This document shows, in pieces, positions 8,942 to 16,921 of a stretch of DNA of 38,714 bases. Location of the stretch: contig CAYTSZ010000001.1 in the NCBI GenBank assembly GCA_964440635.1, positions 1-38,714 on the forward strand. Reading direction: 5' to 3'. The notes under the pieces were generated by a model. The model made no database searches and had not been told where the DNA came from. It saw only the letters and a program-made list of their open reading frames with translations. The position numbers and the translations under genes are program-made. This DNA comes from an uncultured bacterium. GTDB taxonomy: Bacteria > T1Sed10-126. Every line of letters starts with the position of its first letter. The first letter of the stretch is position 1.

Positions 8942-9559
8942 ATGTCCTATTTAAACCGTGGGATCGTAAAATTAGCTGTAATTATGATGATTGGTTTTAG
9001 TTTATTATTTTCGTTGCCCGTTGTTTTGAAGGCCCATTGTGATCGGGTTAACGGTCCGGTGGCCAAAGCTGCCCGGAAAGCTCTGGAAACTGAAAAGTTG
9101 AAGCCGGCCTCGATCTGGGTGGGAGAAAAGCAGGAGGCGGAGCTGAAAGCAAAATTTGAGAATTCACTTAAAGCCTACCGTGAGGGAGGTCCGGGACGTG
9201 AAGTGGCCGAAAAATATTTTATGAGTGAAGCTGTTCGTCTGCATCGCGCCGCCGAAGGTATGGCTTTTACCGGTCTTAAACCCGCTTCCGAATTGTCACT
9301 GGATCTGGAGATAGCCGAAAAAGCCCGCGAGACCGGTGACGTGCAGCCGGTTATTGATCTGCTATCGGAGGAGTTGGCCCGGGAGGTTGAAAAATGGTTT
9401 AACAAAACCCGGCAGGCAAAGCAAAAAATGGAAACAGAAGAGAGCCTGGAGGCCGGACGCGAATGGGCTGATGCTTACGTCAAATACATCATTTACGTCC
9501 ACAAACTCTACCAGAAAATTAAGGCCGGCCCGCCACATGGGGTTGGAGAGACTCATTAA
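8942..9559 (+). CDS. Secreted protein of unknown function (resembles the DUF6448 family from memory)
   Basis: It has a signal-peptide-like N-terminus (IVKLAVIMMIGFSLLFSLPVVLKA) followed by HCDRVNGPVAKAARKALE, and later VRLHRAAEGMAFTGLKP. GGGAG lies upstream of the ATG. Confidence 0.5.
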   Translation: MSYLNRGIVKLAVIMMIGFSLLFSLPVVLKAHCDRVNGPVAKAARKALETEKLKPASIWVGEKQEAELKAKFENSLKAYREGGPGREVAEKYFMSEAVRLHRAAEGMAFTGLKPASELSLDLEIAEKARETGDVQPVIDLLSEELAREVEKWFNKTRQAKQKMETEESLEAGREWADAYVKYIIYVHKLYQKIKAGPPHGVGETH

Positions 9560-9578
9560 ATAGTGGACCCGTCTATCT

Positions 9579-9622
9579 AAATCAGTAGCTTCTGGCCTTA
9601 CACCGCCGGGAGCTGCTGATTT
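9579..9622 (+). terminator. Possible terminator hairpin after the secreted-protein gene
   Basis: AAATCAGTAGCT...AGCTGCTGATTT gives a stem of about 12 bp with one G:U pair. The loop is 20 nt and the U-tract is poor, so this is a weak call. Confidence 0.3.
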
Positions 9623-9761
9623 ATCTTCCCCGGTTTGACCCCTCGATATTTGGTCTTGCCGCCGCCAATATATTTGTTCCGCTGATTAATTATACGGCCA
9701 AGAAGATTAATAAGTAAAACTGGCGTTCAGTGAGCTTGTTGATATGAAATTATTAGAACAA

Positions 9762-10940
9762 TCAGGTTGTCTTCTCAGCCAGGTTTTTCCCGAACTCCCG
9801 GCAGTCTGCAAGATTTTCCTCGTCAGGCTGCCATTTGCATTTTATTCCCTCAAGGGCTTTTTCTATTCCTGAGTCTTGAAGGTGTTCCTCTATCAGAGCC
9901 ACACCTTCACCGCTCCAGCCGTAGGAACCGAAGGCGGCGCCCAGTTTGTTTTTGAATTTTAAACCCTTCAGGTCAGAAAACAGGGGGGCTATTGTCGGTA
10001 GAACGCCGTTGTTGATTGTCGAAGAACCGATAACTATGGTTTTTGCTTTAAAAACTTCCACCAGAAGGTCGTTACGGTCGGTGGTGGCGGCGGGAATTAT
10101 TTTATAATCCAGCCCCGCTTCGGCCATTCCTTCGCCGATGGCTTTTGCCATTTTGGCGGTTGCCTGCCACATTGAGTCGTAGAGAATCACCGCACTCTGT
10201 TCCCCCTTTTGCTCTGCCCATTCAGCGTATTTTTCCACTATCTGCATTGGATTGTCGCGCCAGATTACTCCGTGGCTGGGGGCTATCATATCTATATCCA
10301 GATCCATATCTTTCAGCTCATCTATTTTCCTGCTGACCATCGGGCTGAAAGGATTGAGGATGTTCACGTAATATTTGAGCGCCTCTTCCTGAAGTTCTTC
10401 TTCATCCACTTCGTCGTTGAAACGATAACCGGTGGCGTAATGCTGGCCGAAGGCATCGTTGGGGAAGAGTATATTCGAATCGCTCAGATAGGTGAACATC
10501 GAATCGGGCCAGTGAAGCATCGGAGCCTCGACAAAGGTAAGCTGGCGTTTACCGATATCCAGAGTATCGCCGGTACTTACGGTCTGTATATCCCACTCTT
10601 CGTGATGATGGCCGGGTATGGTTTCCGCACCCCGGTTGGAGGCAATAATCTGGGCCTGAGGGGCAAGTCTGACAAGTTCCTTTAGCGACCCGGCATGGTC
10701 GACTTCCGCGTGGTTGACCACGATGTAATCCAGTTCTTCAGGATTAATCAAACCGCGCAGTTTGCTTATGAATTCTTCTTCGAAAGGTGTCCACACGGTA
10801 TCGATCAGAACATTTTTTTCATCCTTGATCAAATAAGCGTTATAAGTGGAACCCCGGTGAGTGGACAGCTCGTGTCCGTGAAATTCGCGCAGACCCCAGT
10901 CAACAACACCCAGCCAGTGAACGTCTTTTTTTATTTCCAT
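9762..10940 (-). CDS. fprA: Flavodiiron protein (FprA / A-type flavoprotein, NO/O2 reductase)
   Basis: 392 aa. The metallo-beta-lactamase-like diiron domain carries the NHAEVDHAGS motif. A C-terminal flavodoxin-like domain follows (IVIGSSTINNGVLP, FGSYGWSGEG). Confidence 0.9.
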   Translation of the reverse strand: MEIKKDVHWLGVVDWGLREFHGHELSTHRGSTYNAYLIKDEKNVLIDTVWTPFEEEFISKLRGLINPEELDYIVVNHAEVDHAGSLKELVRLAPQAQIIASNRGAETIPGHHHEEWDIQTVSTGDTLDIGKRQLTFVEAPMLHWPDSMFTYLSDSNILFPNDAFGQHYATGYRFNDEVDEEELQEEALKYYVNILNPFSPMVSRKIDELKDMDLDIDMIAPSHGVIWRDNPMQIVEKYAEWAEQKGEQSAVILYDSMWQATAKMAKAIGEGMAEAGLDYKIIPAATTDRNDLLVEVFKAKTIVIGSSTINNGVLPTIAPLFSDLKGLKFKNKLGAAFGSYGWSGEGVALIEEHLQDSGIEKALEGIKCKWQPDEENLADCREFGKNLAEKTT

Positions 10941-11010
10941 AGCAAATCAGTCTCCCGGTAAAAATTTTAATATTTAAACAGTATCACTATAGTTTAAATA
11001 TAATGGTGCT

Positions 11011-11343
11011 TCAAGTTTTGTTCTTGATCATTACCAGAACCATTTTGAAACGTTCGTTTGCTTCCACTGCGTGGGGAATGTCTGCGGGCATCAATACCCA
11101 CTGCCCCGCCTGGGCTTCCACCGGTTCTTTGTCGATTATGAAAGTGCCTTTGCCGTCAATAATCTGGACAAAAGCATGAAATGGTGCAGAATGTTCGCTC
11201 AGGGATTGCCCTTTGTCGAAGGCAAACAGGGTTATTGTTCCCTCGTCCTCGTCGATTAATGTTTTGCTGACCACCGAACCATCCGAATAATTCACAATCT
11301 CGTCAAAATCAACTGCTTTACTGCTTAATTCTTTTAAATCCAT
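11011..11343 (-). CDS. Cupin-domain protein
   Basis: 110 aa. The pattern SEHSAPFHAFVQIIDGKG....GQWVLMPADIPHAVEA fits the two cupin motifs. Confidence 0.75.
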   Translation of the reverse strand: MDLKELSSKAVDFDEIVNYSDGSVVSKTLIDEDEGTITLFAFDKGQSLSEHSAPFHAFVQIIDGKGTFIIDKEPVEAQAGQWVLMPADIPHAVEANERFKMVLVMIKNKT

Positions 11344-11466
11344 AATTGTGCCTCCTTTTTTGAGTTTGGATCCGGCCGAAAATTAAATCGCTGCTCGATT
11401 TTTTAGACTGGTTAACAGTAAGAGCCGGCCCCCGGTAAAAGGGGCCGGGCACACTGTCGTTTTAAT

Positions 11467-13113
11467 TTAACCGTTCAAAATCGTATCCAGGTCTGATTCC
11501 GGGCTGTCTATCAGCTTGAAATCAAACTCATCCTGAAGAATGCCGAAAACCTCCGGGCTGATGAAAGCCGGGGGAGTTGGACCGAGCCGGATATCCTTGA
11601 TTCCCAGGTGTAGAAGGGAAAGCAAAATGGCAACGGCTTTTTGCTCGAACCAGGAGAGCACCAGCGACAGAGGCAAATCGTTTACCTCGCAATCGAAAGC
11701 GTCCGCCAGCAGCAGGGCGGTTTTGATTGCCGAGTAGGAGTCATTGCACTGTCCCACATCCAGCAGCCGGGGGATTCCTCCGATATCTCCGAAATCAAGT
11801 TTATTGAAACGGTATTTACCGCAGGCGAGGGTGAGTATTACGCAGTCCTCGGGAAGCGCTTCGGCGAATTCGGTGTAGTAGTTACGTCCGGGTTTTGCTC
11901 CGTCACAGCCGCCGATCAAAAAGAAGTGACGCAGGTCGCCGCCCTCTACCGCCTCTACTACTTTATCAGCAACTCCGGCGATAGCATTGTGGCCGAAGCC
12001 GACGGTGATGGATTTATCTCCGGCGTCCTCGCTGAAACCTTCTGCCTTTTGAGCGGCCTCGATCAGGGGCGAAAAGTCGTAGCCCTCGATATGTTCCACA
12101 CCGGGCCAGCTTACCCGACCTTTGGTGAAAATGCGGTCCTTATAGCTGTCCCGTGGTTTTTGAATACAGTTTGTGGTCATCAAAATTGAACCGGGAAATT
12201 CATCGAACTCGCGGCGCTGATCCTGCCAGGCTCCACCGTAGTTTCCTGCCAGATGGGCGTACTTGTTAAGCTCGGGATAACCGTGGGCGGGTAGCATCTC
12301 CGAGTGAGTATAGACATTGATCCCGGTTCCCTCGGTTTGCTCGAGCAGTTCTTTTAAATCCTTGAGATCGTGACCGGAAACCAGTATTGCTTTGCCGGCC
12401 CGGGGTTCGATTTCAACTTCGGTTGGTTCGGGATGGTTGTAGGTCTCGGTGTGAGCACTGTCCAGCAGGGCCATTACTTCCAGATTCAGTTTACCAACTT
12501 CCAGAGATTTTCCCAGCAGCTCTTCAATATCCGTCGGATTTGTGGTCAGATAATCCAGAAATTCGTGAAACCGGGCGTAGATGTCTTCTTCTTCGTAATC
12601 AAGGATCTGGGCGTGGTCCGTATAAGAAGCTGCTCCTTTCAGTCCGTAAAGAATAAGCTCCTGCAGTCCGACCTCGCTTTTTCCCAGGGCCTCCATCCTT
12701 CTGTCGATTTGCATCTGTTCCGCCTCGCGCACAAGATCCTCGAATTTCTCGGGAGGTTGCCAGTTAGCCGGTTCGCCCAGTTCCTCGGGTTCTTTTCCGG
12801 CTTCCTTGCAGCCTTCAATATACATATTTTTTGCTTTTTCCCGCAAATCCACTGCTTTTTGAACCACTTTTTCTATATGATCGGCGTTGAAATCAACATT
12901 GGTTATTGTGGTAAACAAGGCCTGAACGGTAAATACATTCAGCTCCTGATCTGTTTTTCCAAGATCCCGGGCCCTCCGGGCATACATTGAAAGTCCTTTC
13001 ACTACATTAATAAGTACATCCTGGACTGCTGCTGTTTCGGGATCTTTTCCGCATACTCCAAATGATGTGCAGCCCTCTTGTTTAGCAGTCTGTTCGCATT
13101 GATAACAAAACAT
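11467..13113 (-). CDS. hcp: Hybrid cluster protein / hydroxylamine reductase
   Basis: 548 aa. It has the hallmark N-terminus MFCYQCEQTAKQEGCTSFGVCGK (C-X2-C-X8-C-X5-C) and later conserved blocks (LVSGHDLKDL, TTNCIQ, LACGKYRF). Confidence 0.95.
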   Translation of the reverse strand: MFCYQCEQTAKQEGCTSFGVCGKDPETAAVQDVLINVVKGLSMYARRARDLGKTDQELNVFTVQALFTTITNVDFNADHIEKVVQKAVDLREKAKNMYIEGCKEAGKEPEELGEPANWQPPEKFEDLVREAEQMQIDRRMEALGKSEVGLQELILYGLKGAASYTDHAQILDYEEEDIYARFHEFLDYLTTNPTDIEELLGKSLEVGKLNLEVMALLDSAHTETYNHPEPTEVEIEPRAGKAILVSGHDLKDLKELLEQTEGTGINVYTHSEMLPAHGYPELNKYAHLAGNYGGAWQDQRREFDEFPGSILMTTNCIQKPRDSYKDRIFTKGRVSWPGVEHIEGYDFSPLIEAAQKAEGFSEDAGDKSITVGFGHNAIAGVADKVVEAVEGGDLRHFFLIGGCDGAKPGRNYYTEFAEALPEDCVILTLACGKYRFNKLDFGDIGGIPRLLDVGQCNDSYSAIKTALLLADAFDCEVNDLPLSLVLSWFEQKAVAILLSLLHLGIKDIRLGPTPPAFISPEVFGILQDEFDFKLIDSPESDLDTILNG

Positions 13114-13195
13114 AATCTAAAACCTCCTGAAAAAGTTTGAATTTTTTCTATTTTAGTTTCTAATTAATCCGGTGTTATAGTGGATATAAAGTTTT

Positions 13196-13426
13196 TCAAA
13201 CAGCCTCCACTCGTTGAACTGCGGGAACTTCTTCTTTAAGAACTCTTTCGATTCCCTGGCTCATTGTTACCTGGGACATCGGACAGCCACTGCAGGCGCC
13301 CTGTAGTTGCACTTTTACGCCGCCGTCTTCTGTGACTTCCACCAGTTCAACGTCACCGCCATCGGCCTGCAGAGCGGGGCGTATTTTCTGTAGAGCCGCT
13401 TTGACTTCTGCTTCCATTTTGATCAC
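13196..13426 (-). CDS. NifU-like (Nfu C-terminal domain) Fe-S cluster protein
   Basis: 76 aa. The sequence ALQADGGDVELVEV....LQGACSGCPMSQ is the NifU C-terminal CXXC signature. Confidence 0.8.
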   Translation of the reverse strand: MIKMEAEVKAALQKIRPALQADGGDVELVEVTEDGGVKVQLQGACSGCPMSQVTMSQGIERVLKEEVPAVQRVEAV

Positions 13427-13431
13427 CTTCC

Positions 13432-14301
13432 TTAAGCTGTGTTAATCCAGTTTTCGCTGAGTATTTCTCCCTGTATACTGACCTGAATTGATTTAACCGG
13501 GATGCTGCGGTCGGTTTCTGAAGCAGCTTTTTTGGCCATCGCCAGCAAACCACTGCAGCAGGGAACCTCCATGGTAATAACGGTCAGCGTGTTTATCTTA
13601 GCATCGTCTATCATTGATTTCAATTTTTCAAAGTATACATCCTGCTGGCTGTCCAGTTTCGGGCAGGCTATAGCCAGTGCTTTATCTTTTAAAAAACTGT
13701 TGTGAAAATCACCGACTGAATAGGCCACGCAGTCTGCGGACAGGACAACATCTGCCTGTTGAAAGTAGGGGGCGGTCGGAGGGACAAGATGCAGTTGTAC
13801 CGGCCACTGGCCGAGCTGGGAGGGAGCAAAGCCTGCGGTCGGATTCTTTCGAGTATCCTGTTTCTCGGAACTAAAGTCCATCATTCTGGCTCCCGGACAG
13901 CCGGCGTGAGAATCTGGTTTGTTCATTTTATCTGTCATCTCCTTTTTTATTGGATTTTCAATACCCTGCTTTGCAAGAACTTCAACGGCCTGGTTATACA
14001 GGTCGTCTTCACCGTGATCGAGCAGATGTTTGAGGTGCGCTTTTATTGTGTTTTCGCCTTTTGGGATTATATTTTCCATCGCCCTGCGTTCATCGTATGG
14101 TTCAGCTTCTCGTTTTTCTATCTCAATTGCTCCCTGCGGACATTCCCCCATGCAGGCCCCCAGTCCGTCGCAAAACAGATCGCTTATCAGGCGGGCCTTT
14201 CCGTCAATGATCTGCAAAGCTCCCTCCGGGCAGGCAGGAACACAGAGACCGCAACCATCACATTTATCTTCATCGATATCAATTATTTCTCTGATAACCA
14301 T
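13432..14301 (-). CDS. 4Fe-4S dicluster ferredoxin-domain protein with a Cys-rich C-terminal extension (hcp-associated, FrdX-like)
   Basis: Two ferredoxin motifs are present, CDGCGLCVPACP and CDGLGACMGECP. It is the first gene of the operon that ends in hcp. Confidence 0.75.
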   Translation of the reverse strand: MVIREIIDIDEDKCDGCGLCVPACPEGALQIIDGKARLISDLFCDGLGACMGECPQGAIEIEKREAEPYDERRAMENIIPKGENTIKAHLKHLLDHGEDDLYNQAVEVLAKQGIENPIKKEMTDKMNKPDSHAGCPGARMMDFSSEKQDTRKNPTAGFAPSQLGQWPVQLHLVPPTAPYFQQADVVLSADCVAYSVGDFHNSFLKDKALAIACPKLDSQQDVYFEKLKSMIDDAKINTLTVITMEVPCCSGLLAMAKKAASETDRSIPVKSIQVSIQGEILSENWINTA

Positions 14302-14384
14302 TTTTTCACTTCCTTTTTTAGGTTAAAAATGAAAATATTTTTTAACTTGTGATAATACTATAAGGGAAGAGAAGAAGCCTGTCT

Positions 14385-14398
14385 TTGACTTGAGTCAA
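14385..14398. promoter_or_regulatory. Crp/Fnr-type box TTGAC-TTGA-GTCAA
   Basis: A perfect 5-4-5 palindrome read directly. It lies 84 nt upstream of the 4Fe-4S gene start and matches the FNR half-site architecture (TTGAT-N4-ATCAA). A Crp/Fnr regulator is encoded next door. Confidence 0.5.
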
Positions 14399-14499
14399 TT
14401 TTGGTGAAAATATTAAATTTTTTTTGAGATATGATAGATGTTCAGTCAACTGTTTTATGTAAATTTTAAGCGCATAATTTTTTTGAAGACCTCCCGTTG

Positions 14500-14748
14500 G
14501 TCATTTCGGTCTCCGGGCCGGAATCCATCTGGTTTTGAACCACACTTGTTAATCAACGTCAACTTCAAACTGGATTGCCGGATCAAGCCCGGCAATGACG
14601 GGCAGGCGGAGTGGATTACCGGGTCACCCAGCACTCAATCGGGGAGTTGATGAAAAAGTATAAAGTTCCCACTGGTAACTCCCTATTGAGTGCTGGACGG
14701 TAATGACGGGCAGGCGAAATGGATTACCGGGGTAAGTCCTGTAATTAC
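14500..14748. repeat. Composite hairpin-repeat locus (REP/MITE-like): one inverted and three direct copies of a TGGATT(G/A/C)CCGG..CCGG(C/T/A)AATGACGG hairpin unit
   Basis: The copies are: 14500..14528 inverted (GTCATTTCGG..CCGGAATCCAT); 14571..14601 (TGGATTGCCGGATCAAGCCCGGCAATGACGG); 14612..14709, split by a 68-nt insert; and 14720..14748, degenerate. The linkers GCAGGCGGAG and GCAGGCGAAA give a period of about 41 nt. Confidence 0.85.
14629..14696 (+). repeat. 68-nt palindromic element (copy 1) nested in the loop of a hairpin repeat
   Basis: The sequence is CAGCACTCAATCGGGGAGTT-GATGAAAAAGTATAAAGTTCCCACTGGT-AACTCCCTATTGAGTGCTGG. The arms pair over about 18 bp. A second 68-nt copy lies at 28787..28854. 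Confidence 0.8.
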
Positions 14749-14816
14749 AAACCGTGGGAAGGTTCTTCTTTTTGTAGGCAGTTAAGTTTAAAGTTTAACA
14801 CCGGCACCAGGGTGGG

Positions 14817-15512
14817 TTATATTTTGCTGCCTTTGGCTATTTTTTTTAGTTTTTTTGGGTTTTTGATTATTATATCTTTTCCCCGATTTTCTATCGCTCC
14901 TCTTTCTTCTATCTTTTTCAGTGTTCTGGATAAAGTTTCCGGGATAGTGCCCAGGCTGGCGGCAAGTTCTGTTTTAGTTACTGGCAGGGTGATTTTTTCG
15001 TGAATTACGACGGATTCATTCTGCTCTTTAGCCTGTTCGAGCAGGTAATAAGCAATTCTGGCCGAAACCTCTTTCAGGGAGAGGTCGTCGACCACTCGGA
15101 CCAGGAAACGCAGTCTTTTGCTGAGGACAGAAATTAATTCCATTGCGGCTTCCGGTTCTTCTTTGAGCAACCGGGTGAATTCATCGGCCGGTACATACAG
15201 CAGGCGTGATTTTTTAAGTATCTCCAGGGTTACCGGATAATTTTTTTCTTCCAGCAATACAGCTTCTGCAATTATATCGCCGGGATTTATGATTCTCACT
15301 ATTTGTTGTCGGCCGTCCGGAGAAGTTCGATATCCCTTTGCCTGGCCCTCCACCATGATGTAAAGACCGTCTACCTGCTGCCCCTCCATGAATACAATTT
15401 CCCCCTTCGAATAATCTTCGAAAAATGAACAGGAAGAGATCTCTGTTTGCATTTTTCCTGATAATTCACTGAAAAGTTCTGACTTTTGCAGTATTTCCTT
15501 TTTTTCTTCCAT
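14817..15512 (-). CDS. Crp/Fnr-family transcriptional regulator (HcpR-like by context)
   Basis: It has a cNMP-binding-type domain (GEIVFMEGQQVDGLYIMVEGQAKGY...PGDIIAEAVLL) and a C-terminal HTH (TKTELAASLGTIPETLSRTLKKIEERGAI). It is adjacent to the hcp operon. Confidence 0.8.
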   Translation of the reverse strand: MEEKKEILQKSELFSELSGKMQTEISSCSFFEDYSKGEIVFMEGQQVDGLYIMVEGQAKGYRTSPDGRQQIVRIINPGDIIAEAVLLEEKNYPVTLEILKKSRLLYVPADEFTRLLKEEPEAAMELISVLSKRLRFLVRVVDDLSLKEVSARIAYYLLEQAKEQNESVVIHEKITLPVTKTELAASLGTIPETLSRTLKKIEERGAIENRGKDIIIKNPKKLKKIAKGSKI

Positions 15513-15648
15513 GTTTTAAATTCTCCCCAATCAGGTTAGTTCACTGCACAATTACAAAATTTCCGTTATAATCTTGACCAGTGCAAAGATACCTGTATTA
15601 TAAACGTATATGTTCATCGTTTGTTAAAAAAAACGGGAGTGGACTCAT

Positions 15649-16905
15649 ATGGACATCTTAATTGCTATACTGCTGCTCCTAACCGTACTTTTTCTGGCCG
15701 TTCTGGTAATATTTTTCTTCCAGAAATTTTTGCAGTATTATGAAACTGAAGATCTGCTGCAAAAAATAGGGACCGATAGTAGTTTACTTGAGAATATAGA
15801 AGATAAAAATGAATTAGTCAGAATTGCCAGCCGCCTGGAAGGGGTTGGGCAGTTCCGTCGGGCTGTGAAGGCCTGGGATCGTTATCTGGAACTGGATGGT
15901 CCTTCCGCGCCGGCTTTTTTAGAACGTGGAAAGATGTATTATCAACTGGGGGATTATGATCAAGCGTTAAAAGATTTAAGGAAAGTGACGGGTGAACATG
16001 AGCCTTTTCCGGAAGTCCATCTATATCTAGCTCGGTGTTATCGTGAAAAAGGAAATATTCGCCAGGCGTTAAAATATTACAGTGACTACTTAAAAGAGGT
16101 CCCGGAAAATCTGACCGTTTCATTTGAAGTGGCACAGGCCGCCCGGGAAGGGCGTGAATTTGAGGAAGCTGAAAAAATATATGAGCGGGTGCGAAAAAAA
16201 GGTGTTCAGGAGTTATATTCCGAAGCAACTCTGGAATTAATAGATCTGGCCATCCTGAATGATAATCTGGATCGGGCAGCCGGTTACTTAAAGGATCTTT
16301 ACCGGCTGGACAATCGGGGTAAACTCTCCGAAAAGACTGCATTGTTGACCCGCTACAAACACGCTAAGATGCTTGAAAAAGAAGGAGATTTGCAGGAGGC
16401 CCTTCGCTTGTATCAAAATATTTATAGAATCCAGCCTGAATTTATGGACGTTAGCCGCCATATCAGCAGGCATATTGAAAAATTAAACGCCGATGATCTT
16501 TTAAAAGATTATGTTCGTTCACCCGGACCTGAGTTTCTGGAAATTTCCCGGTATATAGTTCAGAAACTGGGCTATAATATTGTAGAAGGCAGGTTTACAG
16601 GTGATCCGGATACTGAAGGAGTTAGAATAGAAGCAAGCAAGAAGACGAAATTGTGGCGCCGGGAACGGGTTGTTTTTGATTTTAAAAAATGGAATCATCA
16701 AATAGGTGAATGGCCGCTCAGAGAATTCGAGTTAAATTTAAAAGAGGCGGCTGCCAATCGGGGTTATATGGTGGTGCCCGGCGGATTTAAACCGGCTGCT
16801 ATAAAGTTTACTGCCGACAAACGACATCTTGATTTAATCGGGCCCGAAAAATTAATCGGTTATTTGAGAAAATATCGTAAAATAACTATAGAGGATAGAG
16901 GCTAA
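15649..16905 (+). CDS. Membrane-anchored TPR-repeat protein with a C-terminal restriction-endonuclease-like (Mrr_cat-type) domain
   Basis: An N-terminal TM helix (ILIAILLLLTVLFLAVLVIFFF) is followed by TPR-like repeats (AVKAWDRYLELDG, GDYDQALKDLRKV, GNIRQALKYYSDYL, GDLQEALRLYQNIY). The C-terminus FLEISRYIVQKLGYNIVEGRFTGDPDTEGVRIEA...VVFDFKKW...GYMVVPGGFKPAAIKF follows the Mrr_cat pattern. Confidence 0.55.
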   Translation: MDILIAILLLLTVLFLAVLVIFFFQKFLQYYETEDLLQKIGTDSSLLENIEDKNELVRIASRLEGVGQFRRAVKAWDRYLELDGPSAPAFLERGKMYYQLGDYDQALKDLRKVTGEHEPFPEVHLYLARCYREKGNIRQALKYYSDYLKEVPENLTVSFEVAQAAREGREFEEAEKIYERVRKKGVQELYSEATLELIDLAILNDNLDRAAGYLKDLYRLDNRGKLSEKTALLTRYKHAKMLEKEGDLQEALRLYQNIYRIQPEFMDVSRHISRHIEKLNADDLLKDYVRSPGPEFLEISRYIVQKLGYNIVEGRFTGDPDTEGVRIEASKKTKLWRRERVVFDFKKWNHQIGEWPLREFELNLKEAAANRGYMVVPGGFKPAAIKFTADKRHLDLIGPEKLIGYLRKYRKITIEDRG

Positions 16906-16921
16906 AACTCAGGAAGGTAGT

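Noticed and set aside
10973-10998. Inverted repeat TTTAAAC-N12-GTTTAAA upstream of the flavodiiron gene as a regulator site
   Set aside because: It is an AT-only 7-mer in an AT-rich promoter region with nonstandard spacing. It is easily explained by chance, and no second copy was seen in the window.
11425-11448. GC-rich hairpin CCGGCCCC-CGGTAAAA-GGGGCCGG between hcp and the cupin gene as a terminator; its 13-nt string CCCCGGTAAAAGG also recurs near 36180
   Set aside because: Neither strand has a U-tract after the stem, so it is not a convincing intrinsic terminator. It may be an mRNA processing or stability hairpin. The second occurrence has no pairing partner and is most likely coincidence.
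12370-12990. Long antisense ORFs inside confirmed genes: 12370..12990, 11641..12189, 21812..22405, 6121..6657, 32085..32642, 10209..10685, 15818..16342, 13759..14352 and 35530..35946
   Set aside because: Each lies entirely within and opposite to a gene with strong family motifs. Their products are low-complexity or unrecognisable. They are typical shadow ORFs.
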